63,377 nt of DNA from an uncultured Muribaculaceae bacterium (lineage in GTDB: Bacteria > Bacillota_I > Bacilli_A > RF39 > UBA660), in assembly GCA_964486215.1 (NCBI GenBank), contig CAZALI010000004.1, forward strand, positions 1 through 63,377, given 5' to 3'. A model generated the notes under the pieces. That model did not search any database, had not been told where the DNA came from, and saw only the letters and a program-made list of their open reading frames with translations. Shown here piece by piece: positions 40,601 to 49,642 of the stretch (positions are counted from its first letter, which is position 1; the number at the start of each line of letters is the position of its first letter). Position numbers and translations under genes: made by a program.

Positions 40601-41051
40601 ATACAATATAGAAAACTTAAAGAGATTAGGCATTCCATATGGAGTATACATCTATAGTTATGCAGAAAATGAAAGAGAAGGTAAACTATATGCTCAGTTT
40701 ACTAAAAAAACATTAGACAAATATTCTATGAATCCAACATATGGAGTATATTTCGATCTAGAAAATAATGGTATAACTAATTATCTAAAAGCTAGTGATT
40801 ATGATAAGATAGTTAAAGGATTTATGAACTATATGGCTGGTACCAAATATAAAAGTGTTACTAGAATATATACATATAAATCATTTGCTGAAACAAAACT
40901 AACATCTAGTTATACAAAACAATTTATATACTGGATGGCTCAGTATTATCATTACTGTACTTATAATGGCAGCTTTAAAGCATGGCAATATAGTAGTACA
41001 GAAAAACTTCCAGGTATATCAGGAAATGTTGATATGAGTGTTTGGTATTAA
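37644..41051 (+). CDS. Single ORF joining an Acyl_transf_3 membrane O-acyltransferase (aa 1-328) to a signal-peptide-bearing cell-wall-binding-repeat GH25 muramidase (aa 329-1135)
   Basis: N-terminus: WIDVLKGMGAILVLLGH...FHVPLFFFISGY and about 10 TM segments. Internal ATG at 38628, preceded by AGGAAG, opens MKKKSWILTMLLILISFNITCVNA-KS. Next come about 25 CW_binding-type 20-aa repeats (GWQTIDGLKYYFD...). The GH25 core follows (VIDVSAHNGTIDWDKV, YGVYIYSYA, WMAQYY, WQYSSTEKLPGISGNVDMSVW). Confidence 0.85.
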   Translation: MVKKRLYWIDVLKGMGAILVLLGHLVPYNSMIKIYIYSFHVPLFFFISGYVFKYEKKIDYFFYKKVNRLLIPYIKYSILSFFASYFVEDVVASKREILYHIFFVGGTNYFNTSLWFLVILFFTLIIAEIVGLIVNKLKIKTNQLINTLILLCLLVVGLLFIKFNITLPFGIQILPHSLLIFYLGYLYKKSTKLPKLLSKLLKKITIMKYAIIPVGILAIVLGQINGNIAMSMSEYNNYFIYLFVALVNIMIYILIAKKINRQKVLEKLGELSLFMICTQRILIKFIYYFQNKFDLTLLQSPNILIDIGITILILMLYLSYGKAKEVIKMKKKSWILTMLLILISFNITCVNAKSTGWEVIDGKYYYYDSQTNAYLTGWQTIDGLKYYFDPTTRVRLQGIHEVDGKKYFFGVTKGKVMYGWINYDNKKYYTDPTTGVLSSGVTKVGSKNYFFGINTNKLMYGLINNHDGEKYYSNKDGVLQTGWQKISGKTYYFDKTTYKAKSGWQTIDNLKYYFDPTTKVRLQGIHEVDGKKYFFGVTKGKVMYGWINYDNKKYYTDPTTGVLSSGVTKVGSKNYFFGINTNKLMYGLINNHDGEKYYSNKDGILQKGWQTVSGKTYYFNTVTYKAVKGWQTINNLNYYFDQTTRVRLQGIHEVDGKKYFFGVNTGKVMYGWINYDNKKYYTDPMSGVLASGVTKVDINSYFFGINTNKLMYGLINNHDGEKYYSNKDGALQTGMLEINSKWYYFDKTNYKALSGIQIIDNAEYYFDPTTKVRAKYITKVDGKYYFYGIKYGKKQYGLISYDGEYYYADPQTGELQTGWVTIDDKLYYYLPDSKKRAKGVHKVDGKYYFFAITTGLVRKGWINYNNKTYYADPQTGVLVTTNTTIDGVYYKFNSNGTIISQWIKDSQGTRYLFANGKYADDWTHIEGGKHFFNSLGYLIDKNARKVIDVSAHNGTIDWDKVKSKGDIDAVILRIAAGCESEDTKLKYNIENLKRLGIPYGVYIYSYAENEREGKLYAQFTKKTLDKYSMNPTYGVYFDLENNGITNYLKASDYDKIVKGFMNYMAGTKYKSVTRIYTYKSFAETKLTSSYTKQFIYWMAQYYHYCTYNGSFKAWQYSSTEKLPGISGNVDMSVWY
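38772..39905 (+). repeat. Three tandem 378-bp (126-aa) coding super-repeats
   Basis: Units start at 38772, 39150 and 39528. Copies 1 and 2 share a stretch of about 250 nt with a single visible mismatch; copy 3 is slightly more diverged. Confidence 0.9.
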
Positions 41052-41052
41052 T

Positions 41053-41083
41053 AAAATAGTACTATAAAAGTACTATTTTTTTA
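41053..41083 (+). terminator. Rho-independent terminator
   Basis: 10-bp stem AAAATAGTAC / GTACTATTTT with a 7-nt loop and a T-run. Confidence 0.75.
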
Positions 41084-41135
41084 TTATATATGGTATCATA
41101 TAAGTATAAATATCTCATAAATATGAGGTGATAAT

Positions 41136-42428
41136 ATGAAGAAATTAAATATAACTTTTTGTAGTTTTCCAGACTTTTCTAATAATGCTAAAGCATTATA
41201 TGAATATATGAGTAATAGGTATGGAAACAAGCTAAACTATACTTGGATAGTATATAATAAAGATTCTGTAGATAAACTAAATAAGCAAGGAATAAAAGCT
41301 ATTTTAATTGGTACAGATGAATTTAAAAACTATGTTAAAAAAACTGATGTTTTCTTTACTACTCAAGGTAACTTAGATGGCGATAAAACAAATAAATCTA
41401 TTTATGTAGAACTATGGCATGGAATGGGTCCTAAAATGAATGGCTATTTCAGTAAAAAGCCAAGTAAAGAAGATATAGTTGGTTTTGATCATATGCGAAA
41501 AATATTTGACTATGTAATCGCACCTAATGATTTTTGGAGAGTAGTTTATAGTTCTAAGTTATATGTAGAATACTCTAGAGTATTGCCACTAGGTATGCCT
41601 AAATTAAACTATTTTAAGTACTCTAATGGTATAGAAGGATTAAATAAAGTCTTAAAGATGGATACAACTAAATTTAAAAAGAGAATTATCTATATGCCAA
41701 CTTTTAAGAAAGGTTTTCATCATAAAGATGCTTTAAGCATAAATACTAGTAACATATTTGATTTTGAAAAATATAATGAACAAGACTTAATAGATTATTT
41801 AGAAAAGAATAATTATTTACTATGTATTAAGAGACATCCAGGAGATAAGACAAAGTATACAAAAGTTGAATCAAATAATATTAAGAATATTGATGATAAA
41901 GAATTATTAAAAGAAGACTTGAGTATAAATGAAATATTAAATGCTTTTGATATGTTAATAACAGACTATTCATCTGTAGGAGTAGAATTCTTATTCTTAG
42001 ATAGACCAGTATTATATGCTGTAAATGACATGGATGAGTATTTAGATAATAGAGGAATACTTTTCTCTAATAAAAGCTTTTGGTTAAATGGCCCCCAAGT
42101 AAAGAAAATAGATAAATTCTTTAAAGAAACAGATAAATTATTAAATGATAATAAGTATTATCGTACTGAAAGAAGTATGGCTAGAAAGCTTTTCTTTGGA
42201 GATATAAAAGATGGTGGTTGTGACAAAATATGTGACTATTTCTTTAATGAGAATGGTGAATTAAATCCTAATATAAAACAATATGTTTGTACAGAGACAG
42301 TTCTAAAAGAACAAGTAATAAGAGATAAAGCTGCTATCAAAGATTTAAGATCACAATTAAAGGAAATAGTTGAATCAAAAGGATGGCAATTCTTAGAAAA
42401 ACTAAGAAGTATTAAAAGAAAATTATAA
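41136..42428 (+). CDS. CDP-alditol:poly(alditol phosphate) transferase (TagB/TagF family)
   Basis: Glyphos_transf hallmarks LWHGMGPK and ITDYSSVGVEFLFLDRPVLY. Confidence 0.85.
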   Translation: MKKLNITFCSFPDFSNNAKALYEYMSNRYGNKLNYTWIVYNKDSVDKLNKQGIKAILIGTDEFKNYVKKTDVFFTTQGNLDGDKTNKSIYVELWHGMGPKMNGYFSKKPSKEDIVGFDHMRKIFDYVIAPNDFWRVVYSSKLYVEYSRVLPLGMPKLNYFKYSNGIEGLNKVLKMDTTKFKKRIIYMPTFKKGFHHKDALSINTSNIFDFEKYNEQDLIDYLEKNNYLLCIKRHPGDKTKYTKVESNNIKNIDDKELLKEDLSINEILNAFDMLITDYSSVGVEFLFLDRPVLYAVNDMDEYLDNRGILFSNKSFWLNGPQVKKIDKFFKETDKLLNDNKYYRTERSMARKLFFGDIKDGGCDKICDYFFNENGELNPNIKQYVCTETVLKEQVIRDKAAIKDLRSQLKEIVESKGWQFLEKLRSIKRKL

Positions 42429-42441
42429 ATGAGGTGTTAAT

Positions 42442-43116
42442 ATGGCAAATATTGCAGTTATTCCCATAGGCGGAGTTGGTAAACGAATGCAAAATGAAAT
42501 ACCAAAACAATTTATAACTATCAATGATAAACCATTATATATGTATACACTAGAAAAAATTCAAAATAATAATAAGATAGATAAAATAATAATAGCTTGT
42601 TTAAAAGACTACAAAGATAAAGTAATAAATGAATGTAAAGAAAAGAATATCTCTAAAGTAATGGCCGTTGTATCCGATGGAGAAACACAACTAGGTTCAC
42701 TATTTAATTGCTTTGAATTCTTAAATGGTCAAATAAAAGATGATGATAAAATACTTATTCATGTTGGAAATAGACCTAATATAACAGGAGAATTAATAGA
42801 CAGATGTCTTGACTCATACGACGAAGTAGGCCCTCTAGCCGCAACTATCCCAGCCGTAGAAGTAATGATTAATAAAGATACAAGAGAAATCATTCCTAGA
42901 AATGATATTGTCCGTATCCAAACACCACAAGTATTTGCTTTTAAAGATATTAAAGAATTAATTCCACGCAAGAATGAGTATAAATTTATTGCTAATACAA
43001 TGTGTGATTTATTTATTAAACTAGATAAAAGAATAAGCTTTATAGATGGAGACTTAATGAATTTTAAAATTACTTATCCAGAAGACTTAGAGTTATTTAA
43101 GAAAATTATTAGTTAA
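42442..43116 (+). CDS. IspD/TarI-family cytidylyltransferase (copy 1)
   Basis: IAVIPIGGVGKRMQNEIPKQF N-terminal signature; length about 224 aa. Confidence 0.8.
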   Translation: MANIAVIPIGGVGKRMQNEIPKQFITINDKPLYMYTLEKIQNNNKIDKIIIACLKDYKDKVINECKEKNISKVMAVVSDGETQLGSLFNCFEFLNGQIKDDDKILIHVGNRPNITGELIDRCLDSYDEVGPLAATIPAVEVMINKDTREIIPRNDIVRIQTPQVFAFKDIKELIPRKNEYKFIANTMCDLFIKLDKRISFIDGDLMNFKITYPEDLELFKKIIS

Positions 43117-43126
43117 ATTTTATATA

Positions 43127-43135
43127 TGATATAAT
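43127..43135 (+). promoter_or_regulatory. Extended -10 promoter (TGATATAAT)
   Basis: Exact 9-mer in the gap before the ABC permease gene. Confidence 0.4.
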
Positions 43136-43157
43136 TATAGTAGAGGTGTAATTGAAG

Positions 43158-43967
43158 ATGAAAATAAAAAACATCATTGCTAATTTTAAACATTATTGGT
43201 TTTTAATGACGCAATTAATTTCTCGGGATTTTAAGGTTAAATATAAAAGATCAGTGTTAGGAGTAGTATGGAGTTTACTATATCCAATTTTGATGTTGAC
43301 AGTAATGACTATAGTATTCTCTAATATGTTTAAATTTAGTGTACCTGGAGTTAACTATGTAGTTTACTTAATGACAGGTATTATTATGTGGAATTATTTT
43401 AGTGAAGCATCTAATACAGCTATGACATCAGTTGTTATGAACTTTACTTTAATAAATAAAGTATATATACCAAAATATATTTTCCCAATAGCTAAATGTA
43501 TCTTTGTAGGAATTAACTTTGTTTTAACATTAATTCCTTGGTTAGGAATAATAGCTTTATCTTACTTTGGTTTAGGAAAATATACTTGTCACTTTAATAT
43601 ATATTTTTTAATATTACCATATATATTCTTATGTTTATTCTTCTTTACGATAGGAGTAAGTTTATTTTTATCATGTGTTTCAGTATTCTTAAGAGATGTA
43701 TTTTATATCTACGGAATAGTCTTAACTATGTGGAACTACGTAACACCAGTATTCTATAGTGTTGAAATGCTACCAGAAAAGTTACAGTACTTATGGCAAT
43801 TTAATCCACTATATCAGTATTTAACAGCTGCTAGAGAAATAGTACTATATGGTAGAAGCCCATCTCTACTTACTCTTGGACTATTAGGATTGATGGCTAT
43901 CTTGAGTCTAATTATTGGTGGTATAGTCTTTAAGAAGAATCAAGACAAGTTCATTTATTACGTATAG
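43158..43967 (+). CDS. ABC-2 type polysaccharide/teichoic acid export permease (TagG-like)
   Basis: Six TM segments and the N-terminal LISRDFKVKYKRSVLGVVWSLL motif typical of TagG/KpsM-type permeases. ATG 43158 chosen; TTG 43152 is possible. Confidence 0.85.
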   Translation: MKIKNIIANFKHYWFLMTQLISRDFKVKYKRSVLGVVWSLLYPILMLTVMTIVFSNMFKFSVPGVNYVVYLMTGIIMWNYFSEASNTAMTSVVMNFTLINKVYIPKYIFPIAKCIFVGINFVLTLIPWLGIIALSYFGLGKYTCHFNIYFLILPYIFLCLFFFTIGVSLFLSCVSVFLRDVFYIYGIVLTMWNYVTPVFYSVEMLPEKLQYLWQFNPLYQYLTAAREIVLYGRSPSLLTLGLLGLMAILSLIIGGIVFKKNQDKFIYYV

Positions 43968-43979
43968 GAGGAATACTTT

Positions 43980-44720
43980 ATGATAATTAAACTAGATAAT
44001 GTATCAATGAAATTTAACTTAGGTATAGAAAAAGAATTCTCTATAAAACAAGCATTTGTAAATTTCTTTAGTTTTAAACATAAAAAGAAGAAAAAAGAAG
44101 AATTCTGGGCTTTAAGAGATATATCTTTTGAAGTAGAAAAAGGTGAAGTAATTGGCCTAATTGGAAGTAATGGAGCTGGTAAATCTACTATGTTAAAAGT
44201 AGTTAGTGGAGTTATGAAGCCAACAAAAGGAGAGTTAACGGTCAATGGAGTTATATCCCCAATGATAGAGTTAGGTGCAGGCTTTGATCCAGAATTAACT
44301 GCTAGAGAAAATATTTTCTTAAATGGAGCTATCCTAGGTTACTCCAAGAAATTTCTAGAAGAAAAATTTGATGAGATAGTAGAATTCTCTGAATTAAAAG
44401 ATTTCTTAGATGTTCCAGTAAAGAACTTCTCTTCAGGAATGAATGCAAAATTAGCTTTTTCCATCGCAACTATTGTCAATCCAGAAATCCTTATTGTAGA
44501 TGAAATATTATCCGTAGGAGATATTAAATTCCAAGAGAAGAGTAAAAAGAAAATGTTAGAGATGATTAAAGGTGGCACAACAGTCTTATATGTATCACAC
44601 TCATTAGAATCCATAAAAGAGCTATGTGATAGAGTTATTTGGATAGAACATGGAAAGATTGTAGAAATGGGTAAAACAGAAGAAATATGTCGTGATTATT
44701 ACAAATCTCAAATGAACTAG
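43980..44720 (+). CDS. Polysaccharide/teichoic acid export ATP-binding protein (TagH-like, short form)
   Basis: Walker A GSNGAGKST, signature FSSGMNAKL, Walker B ILIVDE. Confidence 0.9.
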   Translation: MIIKLDNVSMKFNLGIEKEFSIKQAFVNFFSFKHKKKKKEEFWALRDISFEVEKGEVIGLIGSNGAGKSTMLKVVSGVMKPTKGELTVNGVISPMIELGAGFDPELTARENIFLNGAILGYSKKFLEEKFDEIVEFSELKDFLDVPVKNFSSGMNAKLAFSIATIVNPEILIVDEILSVGDIKFQEKSKKKMLEMIKGGTTVLYVSHSLESIKELCDRVIWIEHGKIVEMGKTEEICRDYYKSQMN

Positions 44721-44732
44721 GAGGCCGGTAGA

Positions 44733-46529
44733 ATGAGTAAAAAATATATACACTATTGTTGGTTCGGAGGAAAACCTCTACCTAAACTTGCTAAAAAATG
44801 TATCAAGAGTTGGAAAAAATACTTACCTGATTATGAAATAATAGAGTGGAATGAATCAAATGTTGATTTAAATGAATGCCCATTTATCAAAGAAGCTTAT
44901 GCTAATAAGAAATGGGCTTTTGTAGCTGATTATGCTAGAACTAGAGCTCTTTATGAAAAAGGTGGTATCTATTTTGACACAGATATGTTAATAACTAAAA
45001 ATATAGATTTTTTACTAGACAAAGAAACTTTCTTAGGAATAGAAGATTCAATGATGGTTAATGCTGCTGTATGGGGTACAAATAAACCTAAAACAGTATT
45101 AGCTAAAAGATTATTAGATTTTTATCAGTCACAAGAACGCTTTGATACTGATAATATGTATAGTTATAGTATTCCAAGATTAATAACTAAAATATTAGAT
45201 GAGTATGGTTTTGATCCAACAGAAAAAGATGTTCAAGTTCTAAATAAGAATATCTATATTTATCCAAGACCATATTTTTATCCATTATCATATGATTTTA
45301 AAAATAATATGTTTACCGAGGATACATGTATGATTCATTACTTTGATGCTACATGGATACCTAAAAATGATCAAATAGAAATGAAAATGATTAGAAAGAT
45401 AGGTAGAGATAATACTAGAAGAGTATTAAAAGTATATAGATTGTCTAAAAAAGGAGTAAAGAAGATAGCAAAAGGTGTATTATATCCAGCTGTCTTATAT
45501 AAAAGATATAGAGAAAAAGTTAATAAAAAATACTTTGATAATTTAGCTCTTGCTTTAAGTGATTTAGACAAAATAAAAGAAGATTATATAGCTATGCATA
45601 ATCCAGAATGGTTAGGTGTAACTTCTGCTACTATAGAGTTATTTAATTCTCGTGTAAGATGTGGAGAATTATTGCGTAAAAAAGATGTTAAAAAAGTAGG
45701 AGATGCTATCTTAAATAAGAATATAAAACAAGTTATCTTCAGTGCTATGTGTATAGGTTGGAAAGACTTGGCAATCTATCTAAAAAGTAAAAATAAAGAT
45801 ATAAAAGTAAAAGTATTCTGGCATGGTAATCATTCTCAAGTATCAGAGCCATATGGTTGGGAAAGAAATATTGAAATAATAGAACTTCATAAACAAGGAA
45901 TAATAGATGTCTTCGCAACATGTAAAGGAAGCATGATTAGATTCTACGAAAATGAAGGATATAAAACAACTCTTGTCAGAAACAATGTAATATTACCTAA
46001 AAAGATTACCGGTAATCCACCAAAAGATAAGATAAAAATAGGTATATATGCTGCTAAAAGTGATGATTGGAGAAAAAATTTATTTACTCAACTTGCCGCA
46101 GCTTCTCTAATTCCTAATGCCGTAGTAGATATGGTTCCTCTAAATCCAGAAGCTAAGAAATTTGCTAGTGAAATTAATTTAAAATTAGAAGGATTAGATA
46201 AACCTATCCCAAGAGAAGAATTATTAAAGAGAATGAGTAATAATACCATAAATTTATATGTAACGTTCTCTGAATGTGCTCCAATGCTTCCTGTAGAAAG
46301 TTTCGAAGTAGGAGTACCATGCATTTCTGGTAATAATCACCATTACTTTAAAAATAATGAGTTAGAAAAATATTTAATTGTAAAGAATGAAGAAAGTTCA
46401 ACTGAAATAGCTAAACAAATTAATAACTGTCTAGCTAATAAAGATAAAGTAATTAAATTGTATAAGGAATGGAAGAAAGAAAATAATGCTTTAAGTAAAG
46501 AAAGTGTTAAAACTTTCTTAGAAATGTAG
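44733..46529 (+). CDS. Two-domain glycosyltransferase (N-terminal GT32/Och1-like DxD domain plus C-terminal GT-B-like half)
   Basis: IHYCWFGGKPLP...WAFVADYARTRALYEKGGIYFDTDM (Gly_transf_sug type), followed by a Rossmann-like half of about 300 aa. Confidence 0.75.
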   Translation: MSKKYIHYCWFGGKPLPKLAKKCIKSWKKYLPDYEIIEWNESNVDLNECPFIKEAYANKKWAFVADYARTRALYEKGGIYFDTDMLITKNIDFLLDKETFLGIEDSMMVNAAVWGTNKPKTVLAKRLLDFYQSQERFDTDNMYSYSIPRLITKILDEYGFDPTEKDVQVLNKNIYIYPRPYFYPLSYDFKNNMFTEDTCMIHYFDATWIPKNDQIEMKMIRKIGRDNTRRVLKVYRLSKKGVKKIAKGVLYPAVLYKRYREKVNKKYFDNLALALSDLDKIKEDYIAMHNPEWLGVTSATIELFNSRVRCGELLRKKDVKKVGDAILNKNIKQVIFSAMCIGWKDLAIYLKSKNKDIKVKVFWHGNHSQVSEPYGWERNIEIIELHKQGIIDVFATCKGSMIRFYENEGYKTTLVRNNVILPKKITGNPPKDKIKIGIYAAKSDDWRKNLFTQLAAASLIPNAVVDMVPLNPEAKKFASEINLKLEGLDKPIPREELLKRMSNNTINLYVTFSECAPMLPVESFEVGVPCISGNNHHYFKNNELEKYLIVKNEESSTEIAKQINNCLANKDKVIKLYKEWKKENNALSKESVKTFLEM

Positions 46530-46537
46530 GTGAGACT

Positions 46538-47467
46538 ATGAAAGTAAGAGAAATAGATACAATTAAAAATAAAGATTTTATAGTCTTATTACCAGAATCA
46601 GATCATATGATTAAAGATAGTGTTGAATATACATTTAAAAATGTTTTCTATCTAAATTATGAAAAGACTGAAGAAGATTCTGAAAAACTAATTAATTTTA
46701 TAAATAATAAAGATAATGAATTAATATTATTTGACTATGATGAATTTTATCGTACTATACTTCCATATATAAAGAAAAATAAAAGAACTAAGTGGGTCTT
46801 TAAGGATAATATATCTACACTAACTAATGGTTGGTCTAGAGCCTATTATAATAATGTGGTTGAATTCTATGATAGAAATATAGTAGATGAAATATTATTC
46901 TTAGATAAATCAACATATGAAGTATTTAAAAATGCCGGCTATAGAACAAAACATATTTTATTAGACAGTAATCCTAATTTAGAGAAAACTAAGAAGTCTA
47001 AATCAATAGGTTTAATAGGAAATGATTTTGATCCAAATAATAATATTTATAATGAACTAAGTGCTTTAAAACTAATAGATTATGATTACATAAAACTATT
47101 AAAAAGTATGCCAGCTACTAAGCATTTTATAAGTTTCTTCGATATTAAAGAAAAAGAAGTAAATACAATTGATGAAGTAATAAAAGATAATGATATTAAC
47201 TTATATTGTAATTTTACTTTTAATAATTATGAATTGGTATTAAAGAGTATGGATATGGAAATACCATGTTTATTAGGTAATACTGATATCTTTGATAATT
47301 ATCCAAATCTAAAAAAATATTTAGTACTAGAAAGTGATGATGATATTGGAGAAATAGCTGATAAAATAGAAGCTATAAGAAAACATAAAAAAGATATATT
47401 AGAAGAATACAAGAAGTTTAGAAAAGAGTACTCAAAAGAAGTAAAAGAATTAATTAAAAAGATATGA
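46538..47467 (+). CDS. Hypothetical protein, paralogous to the C-terminal half of the preceding glycosyltransferase
   Basis: INLYCNFTFNNYELVLKSMDMEIPCLLGN...YLVLESDDDIGEIADKI aligns with INLYVTFSECAPMLPVESFEVGVPCISGN...YLIVKNEESSTEIAKQI of the 44733 product. Confidence 0.7.
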   Translation: MKVREIDTIKNKDFIVLLPESDHMIKDSVEYTFKNVFYLNYEKTEEDSEKLINFINNKDNELILFDYDEFYRTILPYIKKNKRTKWVFKDNISTLTNGWSRAYYNNVVEFYDRNIVDEILFLDKSTYEVFKNAGYRTKHILLDSNPNLEKTKKSKSIGLIGNDFDPNNNIYNELSALKLIDYDYIKLLKSMPATKHFISFFDIKEKEVNTIDEVIKDNDINLYCNFTFNNYELVLKSMDMEIPCLLGNTDIFDNYPNLKKYLVLESDDDIGEIADKIEAIRKHKKDILEEYKKFRKEYSKEVKELIKKI

Positions 47468-47477
47468 AAGGAATATT

Positions 47478-48917
47478 ATGAATAAAGTAAAAGCATTTAT
47501 AAAAAATAATAAAGATATAATTATATGTACTTTAATAGCTATGATAGTATGTTTATTTCTATTCTTAGTATACTATCCAGGTATTATGACTTATGATGGA
47601 AATAACCAGTGGAAACAAGTACAGACAGGAGTTATAAATAATGCTCATCCTATCTTTTCTACATTCTTTATGTTGCTTTTATCTAAGATTCATAATACTA
47701 CAACGATAGTTATTCTCTTTCAAATATTAGCTTTCTCAGTTACTTGGGGCTTATTAGTAAGAGAAATAAGAGTAAAGAATGAAAAACAAAATATTATAAA
47801 ATATATTTATACATTTATTATGTGTTTTATACCTATAATTGGAATATATATAATTTCTCTATGGAAAGATATACTATATAGTATTTATTTACTAGGACTA
47901 GGAGGAATTATTCTATATGGTATAAATCATAATTTTAAATATAAAAATTATCACTATGTATTAACGGGTATATTATTAACTTTAATTGCTAGCTACAGAC
48001 ATAATGGTATTATAGTAGCTATTCTTATGTTAATGATTATAGGAATAGGTTTACTAGTAAAGAGAAAAACAATTACTAAAAAGACAGTAAAGAAATATAG
48101 CTTAGTATTCTTAGTATTTATAATTGCTATGTTATTAATTGCTATACCTAAAAAGATATATACTGATAAAACTAATAAAGAAGTAAAAACTAATCAATTA
48201 GAAAGAAAAATATCTCTTAAAAATAAATATATTTTATGGATGATACAAGCAGAATTAAAAGAGGGAAAAATAAAAAATAAAAAAGATTTAAAATTCTTAA
48301 GTAATATAACTAACTTAGATAAATTTAAAGATAATTATAATCCATATATAATTAATGACTTAGTATATAAGAATGACTTGAATGCTAATTTTATAAATAA
48401 AAATGAAGATAAAATATTAGATATATTAATAAAGTATGCTGGTAAAAACCCAGAAGTAATAATTGATCATGTTATAAGAAGAGATGCTTTACTAATAAAT
48501 CCAGTATCAAAAAATATTACTTATGTATATGTATATAGTTTTTCTGAATGGGATTATCTTGGTTTTGATAAATTAACTCCAAAAACTAAGTTTAAATTCT
48601 TTAGAGATAATATATATGATAGAGTTATTAATTTATCTTTTAAAGGAATACTAAAATATTTCTATCAACCAGCTCTAATATTATATATAAGTATAATAAT
48701 GCTAATAATACTATCTATAAAAGTATATGGTAAAAGTATTCATTTATTAGGTTTACCAATGTATCTTAATACTATCTCTTTATTGCCAATTAATCTAGCT
48801 CAAGACTTGAGATATGTATATATAAATTACTTAATATTCTTTGTAATATTATTAATATTTATTATTAATTTTAAAGAGATAATAAAAAGAGATAAAAAAG
48901 CTAAGAAATCTAAATAG
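47478..48917 (+). CDS. Polytopic membrane protein (candidate GT-C glycosyltransferase or polymerase)
   Basis: At least 9 hydrophobic segments with one large loop. No named family recognised. Confidence 0.65.
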   Translation: MNKVKAFIKNNKDIIICTLIAMIVCLFLFLVYYPGIMTYDGNNQWKQVQTGVINNAHPIFSTFFMLLLSKIHNTTTIVILFQILAFSVTWGLLVREIRVKNEKQNIIKYIYTFIMCFIPIIGIYIISLWKDILYSIYLLGLGGIILYGINHNFKYKNYHYVLTGILLTLIASYRHNGIIVAILMLMIIGIGLLVKRKTITKKTVKKYSLVFLVFIIAMLLIAIPKKIYTDKTNKEVKTNQLERKISLKNKYILWMIQAELKEGKIKNKKDLKFLSNITNLDKFKDNYNPYIINDLVYKNDLNANFINKNEDKILDILIKYAGKNPEVIIDHVIRRDALLINPVSKNITYVYVYSFSEWDYLGFDKLTPKTKFKFFRDNIYDRVINLSFKGILKYFYQPALILYISIIMLIILSIKVYGKSIHLLGLPMYLNTISLLPINLAQDLRYVYINYLIFFVILLIFIINFKEIIKRDKKAKKSK

Positions 48918-48925
48918 GAGGATCT

Positions 48926-49642
48926 ATGAATAAAATATTATTAATAATACCTGCATACAACGAAGAAGATAATATCTTAAAAACATATCAAGATATTATA
49001 AATTTCAATAAAAAGAATAAAACTAATTATGAATGTATTGTGATTAATGATGGATCAACAGATAAGACAAGAGAAATACTTGAGAAAGAAAAGATTCCTC
49101 ACATAAATTTAATTCATAATTTAGGTATAGGTGGAGCTGTTCAAACTGGATACAAGTACGCTAACTATAATAATTATGATATAGCTATTCAATATGATGG
49201 TGATGGTCAACATGATGTAGCTTATGTTGAAAAATTAATAGAACCAATTATTAATAATAAAGCAGACTTTACAACAGGAAGTAGATTTATAGGAAATATA
49301 AGTAAATTTAAAACTAGTGCAGCTAGAAGAATGGGTATACATATAATATCTTTCTTCATTAAATTAGTAACAGGTTTTAAACTATACGATACAACTAGTG
49401 GTTTTAGAGCAGCCAATAAAGAAATAATTAGTTTATTTGCTAACGAGTATCCAATAGAATATCCTGAACCAATAACTACTGTAGAATTATTAAAAAGAGG
49501 ATATAGGATAAAAGAGATAGCTGTTAATATGAAAGAAAGAGAAGGTGGTAAATCTTCTATTCGTGCTTGGAAAAATGTTTATTATATGATGAATGTATGT
49601 TTATCAATTTTAATAATGGGCATAAGGAGGTATAAAAAATGA
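48926..49642 (+). CDS. GT2 polyprenyl-phosphate sugar synthase-like glycosyltransferase
   Basis: LLIIPAYNEEDNI, INDGSTDKT, IQYDGDGQHD. Confidence 0.85.
   Translation: MNKILLIIPAYNEEDNILKTYQDIINFNKKNKTNYECIVINDGSTDKTREILEKEKIPHINLIHNLGIGGAVQTGYKYANYNNYDIAIQYDGDGQHDVAYVEKLIEPIINNKADFTTGSRFIGNISKFKTSAARRMGIHIISFFIKLVTGFKLYDTTSGFRAANKEIISLFANEYPIEYPEPITTVELLKRGYRIKEIAVNMKEREGGKSSIRAWKNVYYMMNVCLSILIMGIRRYKK

Noticed and set aside
43958-44245. Antisense ORF over the start of the ABC ATPase gene
   Set aside because: It covers the Walker A region of a clearly genuine tagH-like gene and has no independent signals.
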